Assembly: GCA_030390025.1 (NCBI GenBank)
Contig: CM059431.1
Coordinates: forward strand, 123,258,001-123,322,000
DNA from: Squalus acanthias
Lineage: Eukaryota
DNA length: 64,000 nucleotides
Direction of reading: 5' to 3'
Notes under the pieces: generated by a model
The model's database searches: none
What the model was told of the DNA's origin: nothing
Seen by the model: the letters and a program-made list of their open reading frames with translations, nothing else
Translations under genes and position numbers: made by a program
Shown here: in pieces, positions 50,925 to 61,781 of the stretch
Numbering within the stretch: position 1 is the stretch's first letter
Layout of the letters: each line of letters begins with the position of its first letter

Positions 50925-52105
50925 TTATTGGAACCGCAGTCTTATGAGGTGGTCACGGACCGCCCTTCCAGAAGGCCGATTGAGTGGCTGACTCCTCCCT
51001 CGCTCCTGTTCCTCCTCCTCCTCCTCGTCTTCCTCTTCCTCCTCATCCTCCTCTTCCTCCTCCTCTCCCTCTTCCTCCTCCTGAGGTGGTCCCGCAATGC
51101 CTGGTGGCAAGGGCTGGGCCCTCATGATGGCCATGATGTGGAGCATGCAGCAGACCATGACAAAATGGGACACCCGCTCAGCCGAATGCTGGAATACTGG
51201 AGGGCTCCTCCCAAGGGCTCAAGCCAGTGGAACCATTGCTCGATGATGTTCCTGGTGGCGGCATGGCTCTCATCATATGAGTGCTGGGCAAGAGTGTTGG
51301 GGTTGCGGAGGGGAGTCAGGAGCCAGGTGGAGAGCGGATAGCCCTTGTCTCCGACCAGCCAGCCGCGAGCTTGATGTGGTGGCTGAAAGAGTGCTGGCAC
51401 ACCGGTCTGGTGCAGGATGAAGGCATCATGGCTGCTGCCAGGATAGCAAGCATTCACATTGAAGATTCGCTGTCTGTGGTCGCACACCAACTGCACATTA
51501 AGTGAGTGGTAGCCTTTGCGGTTACGGAAGACCTCAGGATTGTTATGCGGTGCCCGCAAAGCCATGTGTGTGCTGTCAATGGCGCCCTGCAACATGGGGA
51601 AGCCCGCTATCCTTACAAAGCCATATGCACATTCGTGCTGCTTCTCTCTGTTGATGGGGAAGGAAATGTTGTCCCTTCTACTACTGTACAGAGCCACAGT
51701 GACTTCCCGGATGCAGCGATGGACGGCGAAATGTGAGATGTTAGCTATATCTCCTGTTGCAGACTGGAAGGATCCACTGGTGAAGAAATTGAGGGCGACA
51801 GTGACCTTGACTGCCAATGGGAGAGCCGTGGTCGCCCTGATCTGAGGCTCGAGGTCTGGTTGCAGGAGGTGGCAGAGTTCTATGACCACATCCTTGCTGA
51901 AGCGGAGCCTTCTAATACACTGCTCCTTGCTTAATTGGGGGTAGGAGAAGTGTTCTCGGAATACCCTCGGAGGGTAAGGCCTCCTGGTGAGAGCCCTCAT
52001 GGCCTTTCTCCTCCCTCTGGGCAGATGTTCCAGTCTTTCTCGCTGCCTCCACTCCCTCCACCATAGATCCTGGAGGGCAAGGTCGACTGCCAGAACAGCC
52101 CCCAT
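50925..52105 (-). pseudogene. HARBI1-like transposase of H4, least damaged copy
   Basis: Open through GAIDSTH, GSSHDAF, WLVGDKGY and TRNIIEQ. A short deletion after the catalytic E and a frameshift near 51180 precede the poly-E tail. Confidence 0.92.
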
Positions 52106-52869
52106 TAATGTAACCAAGTGTAGCACTTCGATATGTTGTGAGAATAAATGTAACTAATTGTTAGTAGCCACAACACTCCTGATACTAAATAACCTGTAAA
52201 TGACTGAGTTAAACTTTTGCACAATATCAAACTGACAAGGAAGCAGTGTTGCACACTCACTGATGTCACGATCTGCCTGGCGCTGAGGTCCCCAGTGGTA
52301 ACTGTTAGCGGCAGCGCTATGAGGGGCTGGATTTGGCGTGTGTCGCTGGATTTGTCTTGCCCCAGCACTACTGCATCAGTGTCCCATTAGCGCCCCTGCC
52401 AGTCACTAACTGAAGGCGCTAACCAACTGAATTTCTCCCCCTCAGAGTCTTGAAAGTCGAGCCTACCTTTATCTCCGGCCGCTTCTTGCGGTTAAAGTCT
52501 TTATTCACATGATTTCTTACAGTTATGTTAATTAGTTTAATTAGTTAAGTTAGAGAGACATAAACGATAATAATCATCCACTAATCACCTACCTGCAGTC
52601 CTGTGAAGTCACTCCTTGATTTTGCTGTTCTTTCGGAATTCGCCGGATTTGTATCTGCCTCCTCGCTGCTGCTGCCGACTCCTCGCAGGTCCGCGCTGTC
52701 CTCGGCTCCCGCTCTCTTTATTTTCTGCTGCCTCCTCGCTGCTGCTGCCAACTCCTCACAGGTCCCAGACATCTAAAAGGAAACTTCAAACTGCCTATGG
52801 TCTGCTCTATTAAACGTCTTATAGTCCTATTATCCTTGATCACCAGCCTGTCTATGGATGTCTTACTGG

Positions 52870-53120
52870 AGCTATAAGCCGTGACTGAGATGCAAAGGGA
52901 CAGATGGCAAAGAGTAGCCCAATGTTGAGATGTAGAGAGTGAGTGTGAGGATATAATGCTGGAGGAGATCACTGAAGTAAGGCAAAGTTATAACATAGAG
53001 GGATTTGAAATTAAGGACAAGAATTCTGAAATCAGTTTCCTGGGGCATGGTGAGCCGCTGAAGTTTGGAGAGAATGTGGGGTGAGGGGACTTTTTGTGGT
53101 GGAGGACACAATCTGCTACA
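52870..53120 (-). mobile_element. Old L2 3' ORF remnant
   Basis: FRILVLNFKSL...PYFSDLLQHY resembles the L2 C-terminus at 32140-32240. Confidence 0.5.
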
Positions 53121-53635
53121 TTTTGAAGGACTGAAGGACTGAAGGCAACTTGTGGAAGATTGAGACAGAGGGGGCTGAATTAAAAAAAAAGTATCTTGGC
53201 AACAGAGTGGATGTGGGGAGAAAGTTGTGAGTCAAGCAGTATGACTTTTATTTGTCAACAGGAAAATAAATATAAAATAAAAACTGCAAATGCTGAAAAT
53301 CAGATAAAAACAAAATGCTGGAAATAAAAACATTTGAGTCAACAACTGTAAAGAGAAGACAGGTTAGAATGCTTGAGGTGTTGAACCCTTCATCAGAACT
53401 AAAGCCTGGAAGACAATTACAGGACCTGTAAATTCTAGCACTGAGCTTCGGGTGAAAGTTCCAACTTTGGAATTAAAGCAAAATTCTAACCCCAGGCTGC
53501 AGAGTAAAGGGCAGACTTCTGTGGGGATATTTTTTGCTATGACTTCTAACATTAAATGATCAATGTTGTGGGTAAGTTTAATGATTTCACTGTGAATTAT
53601 TCAATTTTCAAAGTGTTGCTTATGATAAAAATGTT

Positions 53636-53785
53636 GGGATAAATTCAGTGATCCACACGCTCCCTGGTGAGAACTGTGCTTGAAGGGATCAGGAGTCAGT
53701 GAATTGGCATTACATTGTTCTAGCCCTATCACTAACTCGTACTCCCTCCAAGTGCAGCTTCAAACTGGGAGCACTGAATTTACCC
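53636..53785. mobile_element. Degenerate hairpin MITE
   Basis: Ends GGGATAAATTCAGTG / CACTGAATTTACCC. Confidence 0.5.
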
Positions 53786-53864
53786 TGCACTTTATACAGC
53801 TAAATATTCAGCTAAATATTCAGCTTGGTCTAATACAGGACAATAACCAACTTGAAAAAATATT

Positions 53865-54608
53865 GGCCCAAAAATTCGTGAGGAAGCCTTCGTGCGAGGG
53901 TAAGGCTTCCCCGCGATCTCTCACTGCGCGTTGGCTTTTTCAGTTCCAGCTCGCACGAACTTGATGTTCTGGACAGCTGCTGTGCTGGGCTTGCGTATCC
54001 CACAGGCGTAGTTAATTCGTGCGAGCTGTGGGATCACGTGACTCAGTTAGAGCCAATGGCAGCACACCATCTTCCATTCATAACTTTCACATAAGTGCTG
54101 TGAAAGCTATGAATACTATAGCCCCCCAAAATAACAGCTAAACCTCAATTAATTTTTTTTAAAAAACCATCACATTAATAAAATAAGTATAGTTAAATAA
54201 ATTAACCATTTTAAATAAAAAATTAAATGTTTGAAAAAATTTAAAATCTTTTAAAAAGTTATAAAAATAAACTTACCTGTCTTTAAAGTTTCTAAAAAAG
54301 ATATACCTGTTAAAAAAAATTCAAAATAATACTTAATTCACTACTTACCTTGTTAAAAGTGGGTCTTACTCCTCCTTTTTTTATGTGTAAAATCTTCCAT
54401 ACTTACCTGCGCGTTGAAACCACTAAGTGCACTGCATGCGCGCAGCCTGTAGCACGCACGTGGTTCACCTAGGAACCGCCCCCTTTTCCATTCACCAAGT
54501 GCCGGTTTTCAGCGCATGCGCGGTGCATGCAGAAAACCGGCAATTGGAGACAGAATACGCGAGAGTACACAGTGCGTACTCTCGCGTAGCGGCACTAATT
54601 TTTGGGCC
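53865..54608. mobile_element. GGCCCAGAAATT-family MITE (copy C)
   Basis: TIRs GGCCCAAAAATT / AATTTTTGGGCC; TSD ATT. Confidence 0.9.
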
Positions 54609-55751
54609 ATTGTTAGCAATGGGATTGTCTCAAAAGTGGAAAGTATTCTATTCTCCAAGACACTCATCCTTTCTTTGATTAGCTCAAAAATTCACCCCAC
54701 CAAAATTTCAAACATTATTTTGTTTACACTGATACTGTTATATGGACTATTTACTGTTTGTTTGTCTGTTTGTTAATGGTGAATGATAAAGCTCTCTCCT
54801 GTGTATATTCTATGTTATTACTGGTTACGTCTTCTGATTCTGTCTTATGTGGAAAACCAACTGGATTTATACTTTTTGACAAGTGAGCTTAAAGTAAACT
54901 TGTGGTGAATTTACTGCAATGGTTGAAGAGAGTTGACAAATGCAACATGCTGTGACACAGATCATGATCCTGATTCCTAATCCGTTGAGCCCCTGATCTC
55001 ATCCATGCTGTTGGGTCAAGCACCGAACAGAGGCCGAATGCTTTTCCACAGGGAGGTAGGGTAAGCCACCTCTTGTTGCTCTAACTTATCTCCTAGCAGC
55101 AGGTCACATAGCAGCATTGACAAAGGTTTGGGAACAAGTTCTTCATCCGTATTCTCACACAGTAATTGTGCATTACTCATGCAGACCTGAGAAACAGAGA
55201 GGAAAAATACAACTTCATTTAAGAAAGAAAAAAAGGAGAGTTCACGGTGAACAAATTTGCACTGTTAAATAATGAGAAATTGCTTCGTTTTAAAAAAATT
55301 ACAGACATACAATTAAATATTTTCAATAATAACGTTTAATAGCAGGTTCATTTGCATTACTTATTCATTCTGCTCCTGATTAATGTAGCATTGTGCCTAC
55401 TGTCACATGAAACGGATATAAATAGTTTGGTAAAATGGAAGAAAGGAAATTATTTCTGAAGCTTATAAGATATGTATAAGCCATTACATTCCAAATAAAA
55501 ATTAATAGGTTTCAAAAGAACAATCCTATTTATTGAAATAATGCAGTAGGTCAATAACAAAAATGCAGTCAAGTACTTGGTCAATACACATCTAGATCTC
55601 TACCCAGAACTCCAACCAAAGTGTCAGGGACACCATGGTTTCATTTGAAAGTGCATTCTCTTGGTTTTGTGAGCAGTTTTCTAAAAGAACTCCATACCAT
55701 AGGATTAATTAGTCTAGTTATTTAAATATTTTAATCCTGAATCATATGCAT

Positions 55752-56232
55752 GATTTTTTTTATTTATTTGTTCAAGGGATGTAGGCATCACTGGCAAGGC
55801 TGGCATATATTGCCCATCCCTAATTGCCCTTGAGAAGGTGGTGGTGAGCCGCCTTCTTGAACCGCTGCAGTCCTGTGGTGAAGGTATTCCCACAGTGCTG
55901 ACTTTGGTGTAACTAAGTGGCTTGCTAGGCTATTTCAGAGAGCAGTTAAGAGTCAATCACAGTGCTATGGGTCTGGAGTCACATATAGGCCAGACCAGGT
56001 AAGGACAGCAGATTTCCTTCCCTAAAGGATATTAGTGAACCAGTTGGCTTTTTTTGACAATCTGATAGTTTCATGGTCACCACTACTGAGACTATCTTTT
56101 TATTTATTTAATTAACTATATTTAAATTACCCCAGCTGCTTTGGTGGGATCTGAACTAATGTCTCGCTGGATTCATTAGTCCAAGGCCTCTGGATTACTA
56201 GCCCAGTAACATTACCACAATGCTACCATACC
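55752..56232 (-). mobile_element. tRNA-headed SINE made of the head/5' UTR and the probable 3' end of the LINE family at 58659
   Basis: 55910-56232 matches 58660-58870. The tail encodes LQRFKKAAHHHLLKGN* followed by AATAAA and an A-tract. Confidence 0.82.
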
Positions 56233-56543
56233 CATTGTGTGTGTGTTAAATTGTATTTTAAAATGTTAAATAATTAGCTTAACCTTAACAAGTATCAGTT
56301 CCATAAAAATAATGTCATGGAATGAAGCATGAAATTGTTACTAGTTTAGGGCAATATTGTCAGGAGATAAGAGCCTCACAATGCAATACAATATCATCCC
56401 AGACTGAAAATAAAAACATTTATTCCAGTTGTATGGCTATGAAGTTTCATTCAGAAAGGGCATGAGGAAGGCTGGTGTGAGAAATTAAAAATTTAGAACT
56501 GTTCTCGATTGCTGCTCTGCTGAAGACAGGGATAAGACACCTT

Positions 56544-57375
56544 GGCCTAGAAATTCAATGGTGCCGCGCCTGTTTTTCGGGCGCTAAACATGCAGCTAAG
56601 CCTCCAATATGGCGGGCAGGAAACACATGCTCATTTTGAGTCGGAGGTGAGCCACTCGCCATATTGGTGTAGGCAGAAATATGGGCATCCAGGGCCTGTG
56701 CCTGAAACAGGCATTAGGCCCTGTGCATTTGCAAATAAGGGGCTGAGCGCTTGTTTGAGGTCCCTTCTGCAATACTGGTTTGCGCCGAAGCAGCCAGCAC
56801 CAGCGGCATTCAGCAAAACCAGGTCTACATGCAGCCTTCGAAGAGGTCCATAAAGGGACAGCTGCAGGCCTCCACCAAAAAATACCTACCTTAATGTGGA
56901 GCCGGGAGGAGCATGAGTGTTCCTCCCGAGTTCACATTAAAACCATGGGCTACTCCCGGCCACCACCCATGCCCCCATCTGATCGCGACCTTGGCCCCTC
57001 CAATCGTGACTTTGACCACCCCCCCCTCGATCGCTGTCCCCATGCTCCTCCCCCCACCACCACCACTCCCCTCGTGGCCATTGCTACTCTCCCTCCCGCC
57101 CTTCATCTGATCACCCCCCTCCCAGTCGCCTCCCTCTTGGTCAACCGCATCTCGCGGCCCCCTTTAAGGACTTACCTGAGGGCTGCTGCTGGTGATGCAG
57201 TGGCCCTACGAGGCCTCTTCTCCGATGAGCTGCTTGAGGGTGCCCATTATGTGACCGCAGCTCGCCAATTCAATAATAATGAGGCCTGAGGCCCAATATT
57301 AGGTGTGCCTTGGGCCTATCCATTCAGGTGCAGTGATCATTCCTTGGCCCTTGTCACATAACGGAGGGAGTTTTT
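56544..57375. mobile_element. Harbinger-type MITE (GGCCTAGAAATT family), right end degenerate
   Basis: Left TIR and body are colinear with 14493-15118. Confidence 0.65.
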
Positions 57376-57921
57376 CTCTTCATTGGGATGTGCTTCACCT
57401 AATCTGCAAAAAGTAAAACAGTATTCAGCACTGGCCTCCTTCACCTTCAAGAAAATGAAATTTCAATAAACAAATTAGAAATGTGACAGGGCTGCAATGA
57501 TCTACATCCTATGACCTATTACATACAAGCAACTGGGAGAAACATAAGCTCATTCCAGGAAAAATTGGTTGGTTATTCCCTTTCATTACATGATGTTCTA
57601 GTTGATTATAGCCCTGCATTCTGGTAATCAAGTTAAATAATTATTGGTTTTCTGATTGTAATTATGTGGTACTCACATTTGTTTGTGTCACTAAATACCA
57701 AAAGGTCCTCAGTACAAAGTTCCAGTTCTCAATAATATCAAGACTGGCACTAAAAAGCCTCAATGATTTTAGGAAGAAGGGAGATAAAGCCTGCCTACGG
57801 CTATCAAAGTCAGCAGGTTTCTCAACTATTATGTCATAGGCACCTACCACGCTGTAACTGATAATATCTACCAGAGAGCATATGCCAGGTCACTGATACC
57901 ATTTTCTAAAGAGTTGTATAG

Positions 57922-58478
57922 CCCTTAGTCAGACCCCATCTGGAGTACTGCATGCAGTTTTGGGCACTGCATCTTAGGAAGGATATATTGACCTTGGCGC
58001 AGGTTCACCAGAATGATACCGGGGCTTAGAAGGTTACATTGTGAGGACATGTTGCATAAACTTGGCTGGTATTTCCTTGAGTATAGAAGATTGAGGGGTG
58101 ATCTTATCGAGCTGTTTAAAACGATAAAAATATTTGATAGGGTAGATACGGTAGAAGTATTACCTCTGGTGGGGGAATCAAGATCAAGGGGACATAATCT
58201 TAAAATTAGAGCTAGGCCATTCAAGAGCGAAATCAGGAAGCAATTTTTCACTCAAAGGGTAATAGATATCTGGCACTCTCTTCCCCCAAAAGGCTGTGGA
58301 TGGAGGGACAATTGGAACTTTCAAGACTGAGATAGGTAGAATTTTGTTAGATATGGGTATCAAGGGCTATGGAGCAAAGGCAGGTAAATGGAGTTGAGGG
58401 GCAGATCAGCCATGATCTAATTGAATGGTGGAGCAGGATTGAGAGGTTGAATGACCTAATCCTGTTCCTAATGTTCCT
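57922..58478 (+). mobile_element. CR1 3' fragment
   Basis: Motifs LVRPHLEYC, RRLRGDLIE and SRSRGHNLKI, plus 3' UTR. Confidence 0.85.
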
Positions 58479-58658
58479 AGCTGGGAAATTCATTCATTTT
58501 GAGATGACAGGACTATCATGCTGTTGGATTCCTCGGAGTTCAGGTAGAAGTACATGGTTCCCACATTGCACTGCAGGCTCCTACTGTGGTGCCATTGGAT
58601 GTCCTCAATAGAAAGGGATTCCACTCCCCCAATGGCCAAATTATCTGTGACCAGTTAA

Positions 58659-60452
58659 GGGAACGGTAGCGTAGTGGTAATGTCACTGGGCTAGTAACGG
58701 TGACCATTAAACTATCGGATTGTCGTTAAAAACTCATCTGGTTCACTAATGTCCTTTAGGGAAGGAAATCTGCCGTCCTTACCTGGTCTGGCCTATATGT
58801 GACTCCAGACCCACAGCAATGAGGTTGACTCTTAATTGCCCTCTGAAATGGCCTAGCAAGCCACTCAGTTGTAACTAACTGCTATGAAACAAAATAATAA
58901 GAATGAAACCGGACGGACCACCCAGCATTGACCTCGGCACGCCCAGTCGACCATGCAAATTCCTCCTCACCAACATCTGGGGAATTGCGCCAAAACTGGA
59001 AGAGCTGTCCCACAGACTGGTCAAGCAACAGCCTGACATAGTCATACTCACAGAATCATACATTTCAGCCAATGTCCCAAACTCCTCCATCACCATCCCT
59101 GAGTAAGTCCTGTCTCACCGGCAGGACAGACCCACTAGGGGTGGTGGCACAGTGGTATACAGTCGGGAAGGAGTGGCCCTGAGAGTCCTCAACATTGACT
59201 CCGGACCCCATGAAGTCTCATGGCTTCAGGTCAAGCATGGACAAGGAAACCTCCTGCTGATTACCACCTACTGCCCTCCCCCAGCTGATGAATCAGTGCT
59301 CCTCCATGTTGAACACCACTTGGAAGAAGCACTGAGAGTAGCAAGGGCACAGAATGTACTCTGGGTGGGTGGGGGACTTCAATGTCCAGCACCAAGAGTG
59401 GCTCGGTAGCACCACAACTGACCGAACAGTCTGGGCCTGCGACAGGTGGTGAGTGAACCAACACGAGGGAAAAACCTACTTGACCTCGTCCTCACCAATC
59501 TACCTGTCGCAAATACATCTGTCCATGACAGCATTGGCAGCAGTGATCACCGCACAGTCATTGTGGAGATGAAGTCCCATCTTCACACTGAGTAACACCC
59601 TCCATCGTGTTGTGTGGCACTACCACCGTGCTAAATGGGATAGATCTAGCAGCTCAAAACTGGGCATCCATGAGGCGCTGTGGGCCATCAGCAGCAGAAT
59701 TGTATTCCACCACAATCTATAACCTCATGGCCCGGCATATCCCTCACTCTACCATTACCACCAAGCCAGGGGACCTACCCTGGTTCAACAAGGAGTGTAG
59801 AAGAGCATGCCAGGAGCAGTACCAGGCGTATCTAAAAATGAGGTGCCAACCTGGGGAAGCTGCAACACAGGACTACATGCATGCTAAAAAGTGGAAGCAG
59901 CATGCTATAGACAGGGCTAAGCGATCCCACAATCAACGGATCAGATCAAAGCTCTGCAGTCCTGCCACATCCAGTCGTGAATGGTGGTGGATCATTAAAC
60001 AACTAACGGGAGGAGGAAGCTCCATGAATATCCCCATCCTCAATGATGGTGGAGCCCAGCACGTGAGTGAAAAAGACAAGGCTGAAGCGTTTGCAACCAA
60101 CTTCAGCCAGAAGTGCCGAGTGGATGATCTATATCGGCCTACTCCCGAGGTCCCCACCATCACAGAAGCCAGTCTTCAGCCAATTCGATTCACTCCACAT
60201 GATATCAAGAAACGGCTGAGCGCACTGGATACAGCAAAGACTATGGGCCCCGACAACATCCCGACTATCGTGCTGAAGACGTGTGCTCCAGAACTAGCTG
60301 CACCTCTAGCCAAGCTGTTCCAGTACAGCTACAACACTGGCATCTATCCAACAATGTGGAAAACTGCCCAGGTATGTCCTGTCCACAAAAAGCAGGACAA
60401 ATCCAACCCGGCCAATTACCGTCCCATCAGTCTACTCTCAATCATCAGCAAA
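58659..60452 (+). mobile_element. tRNA-headed CR1-group LINE, 5' portion (APE endonuclease to early RT), no ORF1 visible
   Basis: Box A-like TAGCGTAGTGG at 58667. From 58903 the frames give TNIWG, DIVILTESY, VLWVG.DFN, LDLVLTN, SDH, PWFN and NYRPISLLS. Confidence 0.85.
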
Positions 60453-61292
60453 GTGAGTGGGCAAATACATGGCAGATGCAGTATAACGTGGATAAATGTG
60501 AAGTTATCCACTTCGGTAGGAAAAACAGAAAGGCAGAGTATTATTTAAATGGTGATAGATTGGGAAATGTTGATGTACAAAGGGACCTGGATGTCCTTGT
60601 ACACCAGTCACGGAAAGCAAACATGCAGGTGCAGCAAGCAGTTAGGAAGGCAAATGGTATGTTGTCCTTCATTGCAAGAGGATTTGAGTACAGGAGCAAG
60701 GATGTCTTACTACAGTTATACAGGGCCTTGGTGAGACCACACCTGGAGTACTGTGTGCAGTTTTGGTCTCCTTACCTAAGAAAGGATATACTTGCCATAG
60801 AGGGAGTGCAGCAAAGGTTCACCAGACTGATTCCTGAGATGGCAGGACTGTTGTATGAGGAGAGATTGGGTCGACTAGGCCTGTATTCACTAGAGTTTAG
60901 AAGAATGAAAGTGGATCTCATTGAAATGTCTAAAATACTGACAGGACTAGACAGACTGGATGCAGGGAGGATGTTTCCCCTGGCTGGAGGGTCTAGAACG
61001 AGGGGTCACAATCTCAGAATACGGGGTAGGAAATTTAGGACTGAGATGAGGAGAAATTTCTTCACTCAGAGGGTGGGGAACCTGTGGAATTCTCTACCAC
61101 AGAAGGCTGTGGAGGCCAAGTCACTGAATATATTTAAGAAGGAGATAGATAGATTTCTAGACACAAAAGGCATCAAGGGCTATGGGGAGAGAGCGGGAAT
61201 ATGGTATTGAGATAGAGGATCAGCCATGATCATATTCATATTGAATGGTGGAGCAGGCTCGAAGGGCCAAATGGCCTACTCCTGCTCCTATT
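60453..61292 (+). mobile_element. CR1 3' fragment joined directly to the preceding LINE
   Basis: Open frame WANTWQMQYNVDKC...LVRPHLEYCVQFWSP...GIKGYG, plus 3' UTR. Confidence 0.9.
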
Positions 61293-61781
61293 TTTTTCTA
61301 CATAATGGGCGGGTGTACAGAAGGGAAAGAAGAATTCCCAAGTATAAAAGGATTTGAGCTATGTTGGGAATTGGAAACTCTCAAGCTCTGCAGTCTGTCA
61401 AAAAGAAGGTTAAAGAGGGAATTCACTGTGGTATGTAAAATATCAAAATGTTATAGATAAAATTAAACCGAAATATTACTTTGAAGCAAATTGGAATACT
61501 GTAGTAGGATGAAAGGACATAAATTTAAATCAGTGAACAATAAACTTAGAACAAATATTCTGAAGAACTTTTTTAATGAAAGCGTGATAGATGTTCAGAA
61601 TAGTCTTCCAGGTAAAGTAACAGACATTGTGAATGCTCAAAATGTAGTAGGGTACTAGACTAGGAGTTAAGTCACTTGAAATGAGCTACAATAGGCCGAT
61701 GGCCTTTTCTTATTGTTACATTTTTTGGGGTCTTTTTAAATCTTCTTATACTAGATTATTTTGGCTCTTTTTTCTTATATT

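Larger units (their letters stand above)
48654..52441. mobile_element. PIF/Harbinger DNA transposon, full length (element H4)
   Basis: Ends GGTGGAGAAATTCA / TGAATTTCTCCCCC; TSD TTA/TCA; two convergent genes. Confidence 0.92.
47374..52770 (-). mobile_element. 5' part of a CR1 LINE (5' UTR, ORF1, start of ORF2), interrupted by H4
   Basis: ORF1 from ATG 48601 has CxxC..CxxC followed by SGNH esterase motifs VGDSIVRG, GARVKDV and HIGTND; frameshift near 48270. UTR probably continues at 52442-52770. Confidence 0.82.

Noticed and set aside
50925..52126. Domesticated host HARBI1 gene
   Set aside because: It lies within TIRs next to a Myb partner, is multicopy in the window and carries lesions.
41192..52441. 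Single composite transposon insertion
   Set aside because: Flanks differ (TAA vs TCA) and belong to different CR1 copies; H4 has its own second TIR.
53364..53400. Third hammerhead ribozyme
   Set aside because: CTGATGA is retained but the GAAAC core is lost.
57677..57851. Possible minus-strand host exon (AG...GTGAGT, open frame)
   Set aside because: Weak polypyrimidine tract, unrecognisable peptide and no partner exons.
41170..60470. CR1 at 41190 continuing at 60453, implying one 19-kb insertion
   Set aside because: Positions are adjacent in CR1 ORF2, but there is no TIR at 60452, the junction is explained by microhomology, and the two pieces differ in decay.
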